This document shows, one piece after another, positions 1 through 12,200 of a stretch of 64,000 nt of DNA. Position numbers and translations under genes: made by a program. The stretch comes from Marsupella aquatica. Lineage: Eukaryota; Plantae; Marchantiophyta. The stretch covers positions 2,393,927-2,457,926 of the forward strand of contig OZ316898.1 in the NCBI GenBank assembly GCA_973895155.1, given 5' to 3'. Below the pieces are notes generated by a model. The model saw nothing but the letters and a program-made list of their open reading frames with translations, ran no database searches and was not told where the DNA came from. How positions within the stretch are numbered: position 1 is the first letter of the stretch; each line of letters begins with the position of its first letter.

Positions 1-594
1 CAAATCCAGTCATTAGACTGATATGACTCTCCATATGACAATTTTAATGACCCTACTTTTAGTCATTGGCATTTATGACGGGCCATTGCTCACATATGAC
101 CCAATAAAGGCCCTAGTACCTCCAAAGAGAGCTAGCTTTAGATTCCTTGCAAGGTTGGAATATTCCTCTTCCCTAAACCTGCACCCACACCATACTGAGA
201 ATGCACCCACACCATACTGAGAAGCATTACTCCCCTGCCCATTCCATTGGGGCAGCACTACCTCTTGGAGAACCAAAAAACAACTTTTATTTGCCTTTGG
301 ATGTGATGGTATGCATGCATTTATTTGCAAATTAAAATATTCCCCGTCCAAACACCGGCACAAACATGACACAATTACAACAAAGCATGACAACCTTCCA
401 TTGGTATTGCCCTACTTCTTGGAGAGACAAAAAGGTTTCATTTGCCCCATGGATACGATAGTATGCGCGCATCCATATATGATGACACTTCTGGAAAATC
501 ACTCCAAAGGTGTATGACTCTACAATTATGATAGGTGTCTGGAATGACTATTGAGTATTTTAATCTTCATATCTCTTGGGTTCTTTAATGACTC

Positions 595-1110
595 TATAAG
601 TAGTCATTTATGTAATAAGTCCATAATGACTGTATGTTATTGTAAACATTGATATATCCTGATTTTTAGATTGCCCTATATTTAGTCATTTATGCGACAA
701 GTCCATAATGACAGTATGTTGTTGAAAACACCGATATATCCTAATTTCAAGATTGACTGTGGAGTTAGTCATTTATGAGAAAAGTCCATAATGACGGTAT
801 GTTCTTGTAAACACTGATATGTCCTAATTTCAAGATTGACCCTAGAGTTAGTCATTTATGGCAGAAGTCCATAATGACAATATGTTGTGTAAACACTGAT
901 ATATTCTCATTTTCAGATTGACCCTAAATTTTGTCATTTATGAGAGAAGTCCATAATGACGGTATGTTCTTGTAAACACTAATATGTCCTAATTTCAAGA
1001 TTGACCCTAGAGTTAGTCATTTATGGCAGAAGTCCATAATGACAATATGTTGTTGTAAACACTGATATATTCTCATTTTCAGATTGACCCTAAATTTTGT
1101 CATTTAACAC
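595..1110. repeat. Tandem array of ~83-bp units (about 6-7 copies), partly organised as ~165-bp dimers
   Basis: TAGTCATTTATG...AAGTCCATAATGAC...AAACACTGATAT...AGATTGACCCT recurs at ~601, 683, 766, 849, 931, 1014 and 1097. Confidence 0.9.
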
Positions 1111-1494
1111 CGTTGGTTAAAATGACGATAATACATTTTTTGTCATTTATCACCGTTGTCCAAAATGATGCAAATAGATTTTTGGTCATTTCAGTCATTG
1201 TCCAGAGTGACTATAATGTTGCTAAACACTGATTTATCATTGTTGTTATTAATTGTGTCATTTAAGACATGTGTCTAAATTGACCATTTAGGGAAATTGG
1301 GTCATTTTGGTCGCATCAGTCATTATAGACATTATACAAAATGACGAAAAAATTAACATTTTGTCATTTCAGTCTATTGGTCATTGTGGACAGTCATTCC
1401 CCCGTCATTCTTTTTGTGTCATTAAAACTTTTGGTCATTTATTCATCTCTGTCATTGGGTGATTGGTCATAAAGGGCCCTGTTTTCTTCTAGTG
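595..1494. mobile_element. Right end of a CACTA (En/Spm) DNA transposon with subterminal repeats; the element probably extends left of the window
   Basis: Ends in GTTTTCTTCTAGTG at 1481-1494 (reverse complement CACTAGAAGAAAAC, a CACTA-type TIR). The preceding region is dense in GTCATT/AATGAC motifs in both orientations. Composition switches abruptly from AT-rich to GC-rich RT sequence at 1495. Confidence 0.75.
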
Positions 1495-3930
1495 GGACCC
1501 GAATGCCATCATGTCTAATGGGGATATCAAGAGGGGGGAGAATGAGTCCGGGAGAGGAAGACGGGACCAGACCCCACACTTCCTAGGCTGTACTGACAAA
1601 CCAATAATGGCAAGCTGCTGAACAAAATGGATATAGGCATCTCCAAGAAGCAAGGCAGGAGCAACAATGTGAGTGTCGTCAGCAACAGAGGGGAACAGGC
1701 AACCTGGAAAAGCACCGGAAGATGCCCGGATGGCCCGAAGATGAGCCAAGGCAAACAACGCACCACCAAGGGGATCCCCCTGTCGGGTGTCGGACTCTGA
1801 CATAATGGTGGAGTATGTCCCAGACGCCAGAGGGTCAGAGTAGACCAAGGGGGCAGGGGTCCCATAAAAAGCCCAAGCAAAAGGGATGAGGGATGCAATC
1901 TCCCCCCCAGCATCCCAAAGCTCCTCGAAAATCACACGACGGGAGACAGAGTTGAAGGCATTGGCAACATCCACCTGAATGACCCCCCAATCAGGGTGGA
2001 GGTCCAAAACGGCACGCAAGCCATGTACCACGCTCTCACAACCGCCTGGGGTGGCCACGCCGAACTGGTGGGGGAAGAAGTGTGAAGCAAACGGTGCCCT
2101 CATCTGTAAACAAATGCAGCGGCTAACCAGACCTCCCCAATGGCCAGGGGTCGAACACCACCCGTCTCCTTGGCCAAAGCCATGAGCCGACACACCCCCA
2201 AGAGCCGAGCGACAACAGGCGGAATGCAGCCACCTGCAACATGAGCACACACCTGGAACAACTCCTGGAAACCCGACGCCGAGTCATCAGGGGAGAAGCA
2301 GTCCCTGAGGTGCTCGAACCTCATCCCAGAGATGCCCCCAGCGGAAAGACGGGGCAAATGAAGGAAGACAGAGGAAAAAATCTCGCGAGAAAGGGAGAAC
2401 TCAACCTCCGGAGAGAAGCTCCCAATGAAACCTGGAACCGCGCAAGAAGCCGGGGGATGAAGGGACCGAAGGGCCGCAACCGTCTCGACCGAAGGAGGAG
2501 AGGGGGAAAGGGGAACCAAGGAACGTGCGGCCCGAGAAAACTCCCCCTCCTGTCCCAACAAAAGGCATCGGCGAAGGCGGCGCTGGACAGGAGGGACCAG
2601 AGGTTCCTCCTCAAACTCAGAGGCCCTAGAGGCCAACGCAAGAAGCTGGTGATAGAACTCCTCCTGAAGCAAAATCCAGTCCCCCGACAAAAACCGTTGC
2701 AACCTGGCAATGGTCTCCCTATGCCCGGTCGGGCCCCCACAAGGAGGGAGGGTCAACACCCAATGAGGAAGCAAGAGGAGTAGGGACCAGGCACCAACAT
2801 CAGTGGGGTCACGCGCCAGCCGGTCAAAGGAAGACGAAAGGCCTGCCGAAGCAGGGGCCGCAAGGGCACAGGAATCCGGGTATACAATCGAGGATGCCGA
2901 AAACCAGGGTAAAGAGCGGCAAGGACATCCAGGTGGGCTAGCCAATCCCAGGAAGAAGGGGGGGGGCAGACGGGGGAGGGGGAAGGGGGGCAGGGGGAAG
3001 CACAGAGGAGGAGGAAGCACGAAGAGCGGGACATGAGCGACGATGGTGAGTCAGACCAGATGGTTGGTACCAACTGTGACAAGCATCACACTGGACACGG
3101 GAGTCAGAAGGAGAAGTGGGGGGGGAAGAGGGGCGGATCCGACGAGCTGAACGAGGGGTGGAAGATGGAGAAGCCATAGGGACAAGAGAGGTAGGTGGTG
3201 AACTGGGATAGGAGAGGGGTTCCATGGGAAAAAGCTGGGAAAAAGCTGGGATAAAGGGTGGGGGCAAAGGAAACGAAAATAAATGAACGGAACAATGAGA
3301 AAAGAGTACAAGAACAACACCGGAAAGCTCGAGAAAAACAAAAACATAAACGAAGGAACAAGGGATGGATGTCCAAGGCAAAGAACCTCAACCCGGTAGT
3401 GGCAAGCCGCGCCGAACACAGAAACCTGGTAACCCGAAGGAACGCCTCCAATGACCGAACGAAAAAACCCCGCAGGCACGGAGCCAGAGTGCGAACGGGT
3501 ACCGCCAATGGTGGGGGCCCAGCCCCACCAACCAAACCAGGTCCAGGGCCGCTAAGCACAAATCCGCCAAGGAAAACCGGGCCGCCAAGAAACCCAACCC
3601 AACTGGGGCCGCCAAGAAACCAAAACACAACCCGGGGGGGGGCAACCTTCCCAGGTCAAGGGCCGTCAAACCCGGGCGCAGGGCCACACGTCCCAGGCCC
3701 AGGGCCACCCTTCCCGGGCGCAGGGCTGAGCCGGGAGCGTCAGCCCAGGCTGACGACCTCCGCTCCAGGGGGCCGGGGGACCCTCATTATTACCCCCACG
3801 CCTCCACCTCCGCACCGCAGCTTCGCACCTCCGCACCGCTCCACCTCCGCACCTTCTCCGCTGCCTTCCACTGCCGCCGCTGCTCGCACCTCCGCTGCTC
3901 TCCGCTGCAACTCCGCTGAAGTACTCATTG
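1495..3930 (-). mobile_element. Frameshifted, 3'-interrupted non-LTR retrotransposon, CRE/RLE-like (N-terminal zinc finger plus reverse transcriptase)
   Basis: Probable ATG at 3225 (MEPLSYP). Zinc finger VQCDACHSWYQPSGLTHHRRSC. ORF 2100-3020 has EGEFSRAARSL, GISGMRFEHL and GGVRPLAIGE. ORF 1489-2250 has RT motifs QVDVANAFNSVSR, TRQGDPLGGALF and SVADDTHIV. Coding is split over three frames. The 5' boundary is approximate. Confidence 0.8.
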
Positions 3931-3978
3931 AACGAGAAACAGATCAGGTCACTAGCGAGTATGTATTTGCCGGAATCA

Positions 3979-4150
3979 GTTTTCCAAATGCACTCCTAAC
4001 TCCAGTTACTCTCCTAGAGGCCTCACTTTAGAGCAACCTCAACCTCCGTTTTCCAAATGCACTCCCAACTCCAGTTACTCGGTGCCCCCAACCTCCGTTT
4101 TCCAAATGCAATCCTAACTCCAGTTACTCTCCTAGAGGCTTCACTTTAGA
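3979..4150. repeat. Short local triplication next to the retroelement 5' end
   Basis: TTTTCCAAATGCA(C/A)TCC(T/C)AACTCCAGTTACTC occurs three times (~3980, 4049, 4098). Confidence 0.8.
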
Positions 4151-4660
4151 ACGGAGGCCCTGAAAAGTACATTTTCAACTAGGATCATCTAACAAGTCAT
4201 TAACGATAGGGACCCCATCATCAATATGATTGCTGGTTCCTAATATGGTTTTAGAAAATGCAATATTGAATCTTTGATAAACCCTAAACAACCTCTTCCC
4301 CTGAAACACCTCTGCTTTCACTCTGTTGTGCACTTGGAGAGGGTTATATACTGAGTAACTATCAATCTATTGCCCTTGTGCACCAGGTGTCTTCAATTAT
4401 GTCACCTCCAGATGTCTTTGGTATCCATAAAGGAGGCGTTGAACCCACATCTATTGGTCTAACAACTAGAATAAGCAGACCTTTCTTAAACCTTTTCCAA
4501 AAATTATGGACAAAGTACTGAATCTGAAAATGGTGTGAACCAATACTAGCTCTCAAATGAGGTGTAGAAAGGCAGGTGTAGACTAGAAAAATGCTCTTTG
4601 CCCTGTTCGTCATAAAAACTTTCATTTTAACTTGAAAACCGGTCTGCTTGCCAACTCCTG
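4130..4660. repeat. Dispersed repeat family, copy A (related copies at ~15860-16400, ~27685-28120 and partly ~54910-55090)
   Basis: Shared blocks such as AAGTCATT..GGGACCC..ATATG.TTTTAGAAAAT..AATATTGAATCT, GAAACCCACATCTA and AAAGTACTGAATCTGAAA..GTGTGAACCAATACTAGCTCTCAAATG. Confidence 0.7.
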
Positions 4661-6269
4661 TCTGCATGTTGCTAGGACGCAGTTCACCGACTGTGCACTA
4701 ACCCAGCCCTTATCTGTGTGCAACCCTTGCCTCCTGCATTGAACCCCATGGCTGCAGCCTGCCCCAATCCAAGCTCCTCCCCCCCCCCCCCCCTTCCCCC
4801 TTCCCCACGCACTGTCGGATCCCCATTGCCTAGCCATCGACTTGCACAATACATTCTGGGCAACAGTGGATGTCTTTGTTGTGGACTAAACAAATTCCGC
4901 TCCAGATTCTGCTGCAGGGACCACAACCATGATGAGCATCCTGGGTTTACCACGGGTAAGGTATTGGCAAGACGGTATTGTCGTGGGTTGGGTTAAGAAA
5001 AGGCGGGGTTCGTTTAGTCTGGCGCACTCAGACTGTGTTTCTGTCAGTTTGCCACATAAAGCTCCATTGGCATTGTTCCTGGACGGGAGAAGCATGTCAC
5101 CATGTTCTCATGTTGTTCTGGTAAGGAGAGAAATTTGGCTGTAAGTGGACCCACTACCCCAGTCATTAACAAGTTTTCCAGGAACTGCCCAGAATCTCAG
5201 TAGCCCTCTGCCATAGGCCCCTGCAAAGGTCATAGGGCCCCAATTGAGGACTTGAACTCACCCCTTCTGGTCCCAAGGGCTTGTGGCTTGAAATGTGCCT
5301 CAAACAGGTTTACAAAACCAGTGGCATTTACAATAGCTGAAGGCTTTGGAGACTTGGGGAATGGTGTACCACATTATCGAAATAGGTTTTACTAAGTAAC
5401 CTGTCCCCCACTTAAACTAACCCAAACATGTAACTCATTGACTCTCACTCTATGTAAACTAATATGGAAACTACCAGAGACAAACCATCTCCTCTACTTA
5501 TTTCAATCTCACTAAAATTTTCCCGGGAATAATTATAAAAATGAGCTCAACATGGATTTTTAAGATACCCTTCTGCTTTTTGGACATTGTCTCCAAATCA
5601 TTTAAGCTCAGGGCCCAGGGTTTGCAACCTGAGTTTACCGTGTGATTGGTCCACTGCCTTGTGGCAAGTTGCAATTGGTCCTGCCAAACCCCAGTCCATG
5701 TTGCCCTAAACCAGCCGCCCTTCCCCACACATGCAAATGCGCTTCGAGTCACAAGTTGCATCCTCACCAGGTGGTTGCCATTCTTGTTCATCCCAACCCC
5801 TTTCCCCGCTCAGAAAGAAGTCCTGAATGTTGCTCCATTTGGAACTTGACAATAGGGCAGGCTGTTGAGTATTGCTCTTAGTCTTGTGACTCTAGAGCTA
5901 ATCACAGTTAGGTTAGAACTTAGCTTAGGTTAGCAGTGATGCATGTTGTATATAACCAGGGTTGATGTCAGCCCCTGGTGGATCTTCAGTTCATTGTTGG
6001 AGTGGAGCAAGAGAAAAGTAAAGGTCTCTTGCTTCCCAGTGGAGGTAGCCTCAGTCGTGAGGTGAACGACGTACTCGCTGTGTCGACTACTTTGTATAGT
6101 GTTTTCATGTGCATGGTGTTTCGGGTTAAGGATTATCCTTAACACAGGCGCGGGCTTGGCTAAGCAGCACTTGATCTAGGGGGTATATCTGCAAGCGTGA
6201 GAGTGGCAGGGGCAAAGGTGTATAAGTGCAGACAAGAGTCTGTGCATCTTTATTTTTTAACTATTTTTG

Positions 6270-9200
6270 TAAGTCAAAAGAGACCAGAATGATTCACTGC
6301 CATTCGATTTATCCCTGTATAATTTTGGGCATTTAAAAATTTGTCTCCCATTTCCTCACCATCTGTACAACTTTTGCCTCTCCCCTATACCTGCAACTCT
6401 TGCCCTCTCTTTGCAAGTCTCTTCTTCCCATCCTTGCAATAGTGAATCTCCTCCCTACCTACAACTCATGCATTGATTTCTCTTTCCACTATCATTGTAG
6501 CACTTATGCTTTGACCATCTTCCACACTGACATCACTTTTGGCTTGACATGGTGACTGTAGCAACAACACTTTTTGCAAAGATAGTACAATTGCAACCAT
6601 GTCACAACAACCCTTTTGCAAAGAGAGCACAATTGCAAATGACACATCTACAAAGACATGACCACAACAACAAATTGTGCAAAGCTGGAGGGCATTGGCT
6701 AGTTATCTTTATAAAATAGGCGTACCCAAGATATTCTCCTTTGCAGGGCCTCACGTAGTCAGAGTATTAACTGGGAACTTTTAACATGATATTGCCACTG
6801 TGGGAAAACGGGAGGAGGAAATTTGAGTCACAGAGAACCTGAATAGTTATGAAGATAGTTCACCAATTGTCCAAGAATCTTCATCGCTACAGGACCGGAC
6901 ACATCAGGACGACTCCAACATTGCACCGTCAATAGTCCAAGAATCTTCATCGCTACAGTACCGGACACATCAGGACGACTCCAACATTGCACCGTCAATA
7001 GTTGAAATCTTCAAAGATGCGTGACGACAATTATTGTCCAAGGAAACAATTCTAATGGAACTCCCAATTTACATCTGGCATTGCTGACCGAGAGGCACAA
7101 GTTAAACTCGTATCGAGAAAATGACGAAAAGGTGGAGAGCGGCGTCCTCACGCAAGCCATGTCAAGAAAGACTTTCTTCTCGTCAAAACACGATTACTTT
7201 ATGATTATGTTCTGTAGATTGATTCGTCCTCGATCCCTTCGTTTCACCCTGAAGAATTTATGGGTCTGTTGGACGTCACGCCCTCCCAAACTTCCTCAGG
7301 TCGAGCTTATCGGGATATTTCCGTTCAAGGTAATATCCGATCCACAGCTTCAGTTTAAGGTACTGTCTGATCGACAGCACATTCTGGACACTACTCTAGA
7401 CTTTTGGCTCGCAGGTCCGAAGGTCCCCCAAACGGTACCACCCGGTCGTGTCTACCCGAACATCTTCAAGCAATCGGGACTTGCTGAACAGTGAACACAC
7501 CATACAAGCGCATAGATACCCAGGGTAGACAAGGGTATCAAGGCAGTTAACTTCAATACGTACCGCCACGTTCAAACACAGTGCAAGACTGACACTCCAA
7601 TTCATTCACAGTTCATATTCCTCTACTGCAGACTTAGTGGGCATTAGCTGTCTGTATTCAAATCATCCATGGTTCCAAACTGCATGGTTCCAAAATCGGG
7701 GTGGTGTTCTTCACAGGTGTTTCTACTGATCTGCCACCTAGCATCGACCACATTTTGATTCCTCACAATCTCGTCAGCACTTCGGATTGAGTAGTTCCGA
7801 GGATCTTGAAACTCCTCCTAGCCTGCTGAAACCGATCGAGGATCAGGTAATTAAGAGGGTACTCATACCTCGCCAAGTCTTTAGTTATATATTTATGAAG
7901 TTTTCCAGACTCTGTAAACTGTCAGATAGAGGTGTAGAGTCACTAAACAAAGTCTGTGATAGTTTCTCCGTCAGCAAGTGGTGGAGACCCAGGATAAGAT
8001 CGAATTCTAGAATAGTACTCAAAACACTAAGATTTCATGTGTGGTCGATCCGTCAGAAAGTGGTTGAGCCCCAGACAGTATAAGATCGACTTCGAGAATA
8101 GTACTCAAACAATAAAATTTCATGTGTGGTCGATACCTCAGAGGGTATATATATGTACTCCATTAGCGATAAGCAATTAGTTGTGAATCGGAAGCACTTC
8201 TAACCTCAGGGAATCAGAATCCGGGGGCTCTTGGAGGATTGATGGACCTCAATGGGTGGATTATTTTGTACCTACCTGATTGCAGGTTTCAGACCCGACA
8301 CCCTCAACCTCCTGTCGCAAAGCCGTGATCGATGGAATCGATCAACGAACTGTTGGGACGGAGCGGTCAGAGTACAGCTTCCGAGATCCCTTTGGCCGCT
8401 GTTGCAAATCTACTTTGATTCACTCTAGGATCCACTCTCTGGTCGTCGAGTCTCTCAATTAGGTGGCCGTCTAACGTCGTCGAAACATGGTTAGGAATCA
8501 TTCGTCAGTGGGTGAGCTACAGTCAGTGGTTGCAAAGCATAAGTGCACACTGTCCTGAATGCGCACCATAGAAAATCGCTTTATAGTTCCACACTCCGCC
8601 TGACGTTTGGTTCACATGTTATTCGCTGAGCTGCCCTGAAGACGAATTTTGCTGCAGCTTCCAATTCCGTACATCCCCGCTTACATCCTCAGCACTTCTG
8701 GTGCAGATGCGAGGGAAGCTCTTCTTTGCTAAACCTGTATGTAGGATGAACAAAATCAGAACATTGTGGCTTTGTTCATTTGGTTGAATTCGCTAATCGG
8801 CACTTGAACTGATATGACCAAAAGTAGGAAACCATCCCGGTACCTAATCAGCGATTTGCGTCTCTTTTTCGAATGGAAACAGAGCATCCCTCAATCAGGA
8901 AATTCGGGTGCTTCTTGAGTTGTCGTGTCAGTGGTGTCAAGACGACTATGGATCTCATCCGGTAGACCGATTCTGGGCCTACGTGCAGATTTTGAATTCT
9001 TAGAGGGCCGGGCATGAGGGCAGGCGACAAGTTCTCGTCTGCATCTGAGGCCAACCATGGGTGCACTCAAATGGATTGTCTTAATTCTACTCATACTTGC
9101 GCCCATCCTAGTAGCTACAGAGAAAGTAGCCCAATTATCTTTAGTGATCATTTTCTGCCTGCTTGGCTTTTTCTTGATGCGACTCATTGAAGCCTATCGC

Positions 9201-12200
9201 CGCCGCAAAGTGAAACGGTGGAGGCTGGACGCTCGTCAGGTTAGTCGTCTACACGGTTCCCCATCTCCACTTAGTGAGGATTTCTGCGGTTTATTTGCCT
9301 GGTTATATTTCTAATCCATCTTCATCCTGTCAAACCTTGAGATTGAAGAAAACTTGTCACGAAACTTTTGTTCAGGATGTCTAAGTCTCTCTTCCAGCAT
9401 TTTATGCTACATAGATCAACTATGATAAACTATTGAAGAACAAGTGCCCCGTGTCTTCGTGGTATCTCAGGTGAATGACTCCCTTTACGAGCTTTACAAG
9501 CCTGCCGGTGTTCCAACCCTACAAGTTTTATTCTTTCACGGGCTTCCATTTGGCAACTTCTTAGACACATATTTATCGACCTGGGAAAGCGGGGACGGAT
9601 CTTGTCTTTGGCCGAAGACGTGGTTGGCGAAGGAATTCCCAGATGCTCACATCCTGGTGGTCTCTTACGGTGAAGGCCTCAGAGAAGGTTCCGCTGAAAG
9701 CTTCGACATGCGCATCATTTGCGAAAACTTGACCAGTGATCTGATCCAGGCAGACGTTGGTCAGACGGCTGATTGCCCAGTAGTCTTGGTGGGCCACTCT
9801 TTTGGGGGTCTGGTCATCAAGGATCTGTGCCTTGAGGCGCACAACACACTCATTTCCCCCACACACAATGCGAAGGTTCAGAAATTTCTTGATAACTTGA
9901 GAGGGGTATTTTACTACAGTACCCCTCATCATGGCAGTCCTCATATAGGACGAGCAGCAAGTGTCTTGAGCGGCCCCTTGTTTAAGTACTTCACAGTATT
10001 AAGTTCTGACGCTGCCCGGTTGAATTACGACTTCAATCGTTTGTGCAACTCGTACCCGAAGATGCAAATAGGAGGATTGGGGGAAGGTCTCCCTGTAAAA
10101 TGGGTAAAGATGCAGCTGCTATCATTTCCGCTGATTACTTAATGCATCTTTCTTTTGGTCAAGTGAAAAAGCACCAAACCTTGTCGTGGGTTTTGGCATG
10201 CATTTACACATTGGCACTGCGGTTACTGGACCAGCTGGAAGTGGCCGACTCTGTTATTGTGTAGAGTAGACATACTTTCACTGTTGCAATGAATGCAAAC
10301 TCGACCGGTAGCTAACGTACATATCGGTACTTTTAGTTCCCATATTCTCGAATTGATTGAGTACAAGATCCACAACTTACCGACAAAGCGAAGTTAATCT
10401 ATCGATTTCGTTGCATCAATTTGACTTGTATGTCGTGGTCGGGCAGGGCATATTCCAAGGTATTGTCATAGTACCCGAAGCATCAGCCAGAGATGGGGAG
10501 AATTTCAATCTTGAAAGCAGCGCAGACCATTTCTCCGTGTGCAGACCAGAGAAGACAACCTCAAGAAGGTTCAACGCCCTGACAAGACTCCTTGGGAACA
10601 TTTGCGACGATCTAAAGGTTGGTTAACTACAGTACGACCTTCAGCTGAAGAATCTACAGTCCTTACGTTGTCATTCGATGCAACATGTGCGGCATATCTT
10701 TGGTTCTCAATATATGACAACCTCCTTCATGTCTCCTTAATTGAAAGCTCGAAATTCACATGGGGTAGAAGATTCAGGATTGCAATATTTCTGACGAAAA
10801 CTATGTTTCAACTGTAGGATAAGAAAGCCATGGCTCAGAAGCAAGCTCTGCGACAGAATTTTCAACATCTTCCAAAGCACATGATCAACAGGGCTGGCGT
10901 TTTAGAGGAGGTTAAAAGCAGGCTTACGGAATTTACAACGCTGGGCTTCGTGGGAATGGGGGGGCTCGGGAAGACCACCCTCGCAATGGCGGTCTTTAAT
11001 GAACTGAGTCCGGCATTTGAGTACAGTTGTTTTGTCCCTGATGTGAAGTTGATAAACGGGAGTGTTGAGGAGGCGGAAGAGGTAGTGTGGAAAAAGATGC
11101 ATCACTTCGGAAGGAAGGTTGGAGACGAGGCCCGAGACGAGGTGGACTTGTATGATTTGACTGAGAAAGAAATACTCGTTGTTTTAGATGATATATCAGA
11201 TGATAAACTTTTGTCACGTCTGGTTGACGATTTCTCTCCACAAAGTCGTTTCATTGTTACTTCTCGTGATTGGACCCTTCTGAGGAGCTTGGACGATGTT
11301 TACGAGGTCCCGTTACTGGACCAGCAAAATGCCCAGAAGCTATTTCTAAGCCATGCTTGCCCAAGCCTGGCAAATTTACCCGCAAACTTGGAACCTGATA
11401 TGGTGGCCGTTGTGGCCAAGTGCGGCGGGCTGCCTCTAACGCTTGAAGTTCTTGGAAGTTATCTAAAACTGAAAAAGGATGACAAGTTTTGGAAGCAAAC
11501 TTTGCAAGCTTTAGAGAAGGCCGAGGCTATCCAAGACCTTGAGAAGAGGTTGTGGGCAAAGCTGAGAATCAGCTACGAAGGACTTGACGAGGTAGAGAAG
11601 CAAATATTCCTCGATGCAACAACTTTCTTCAGCCAAAGTTTGTATGGGTATATATCTTTGCGCGAGGCAAAAGCGGCTTGGAGGAAAGCTTACAGCACTG
11701 AGTATGAGACCCTACAATGGCAAAACTTGGTTGACAGGTCTCTTGTTTACCACGTGGAAGATGATGAGAGGATCAGGGTGCATGGCCAACTTCTAAGTCT
11801 GGGCCGAAAGATAGCCTTAGCCTCGGAGTCGATTGAAAATGGCAAGTGTAGGGTATGGGATGGGAAAATGGCTTGCAAGCAACTAATGGAGGACGCGGAA
11901 AATCAGGTGAGCTCGTCCGTGATCAATTCAAGCAAATTTCTTTGTTGAGGAGGCGCATAAACTTTAAACTTTGGATATGCAAAGCATATGACATTGCAGA
12001 CCGGTGCATTGATGAGGATTGAACTAAATGGTGTGGTGGCGATGATTTTGTAGGATATTCATGCCTTGCGGTTGTCCATCGCCTGCGATAGTCAAGAACG
12101 TGGGGCAGTTCACATTTCAGGCCATGCTCTTCCCAAACTGAAGAAATTGCAGTACCTTGAAGTGGATGGCCCGGTTCTCCTTGATGGAGTTGAGGACGAT

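Noticed and set aside
595-1110. Regular repeat array resembling CRISPR
   Set aside because: Units are contiguous with no unique spacers, the context is eukaryotic, and it is explained as CACTA subterminal repeats.
3258-4031. 257-aa plus-strand ORF and other overlapping ORFs at 2241-3708
   Set aside because: Low-complexity products of the GC-rich retroelement leader or antisense strand, with no recognisable domain.
4660-6250. Possible decayed LTR-retrotransposon gag/LTR remnant
   Set aside because: Only hints of a zinc-knuckle-like stretch. No LTR pair, PBS or ORF could be supported.
7021-8460. Short ORFs in the duplicated upstream region (counterparts at 18373-19414)
   Set aside because: Frames are not preserved between the two units (many frameshifting indels), so they are treated as non-coding or unidentifiable relics.
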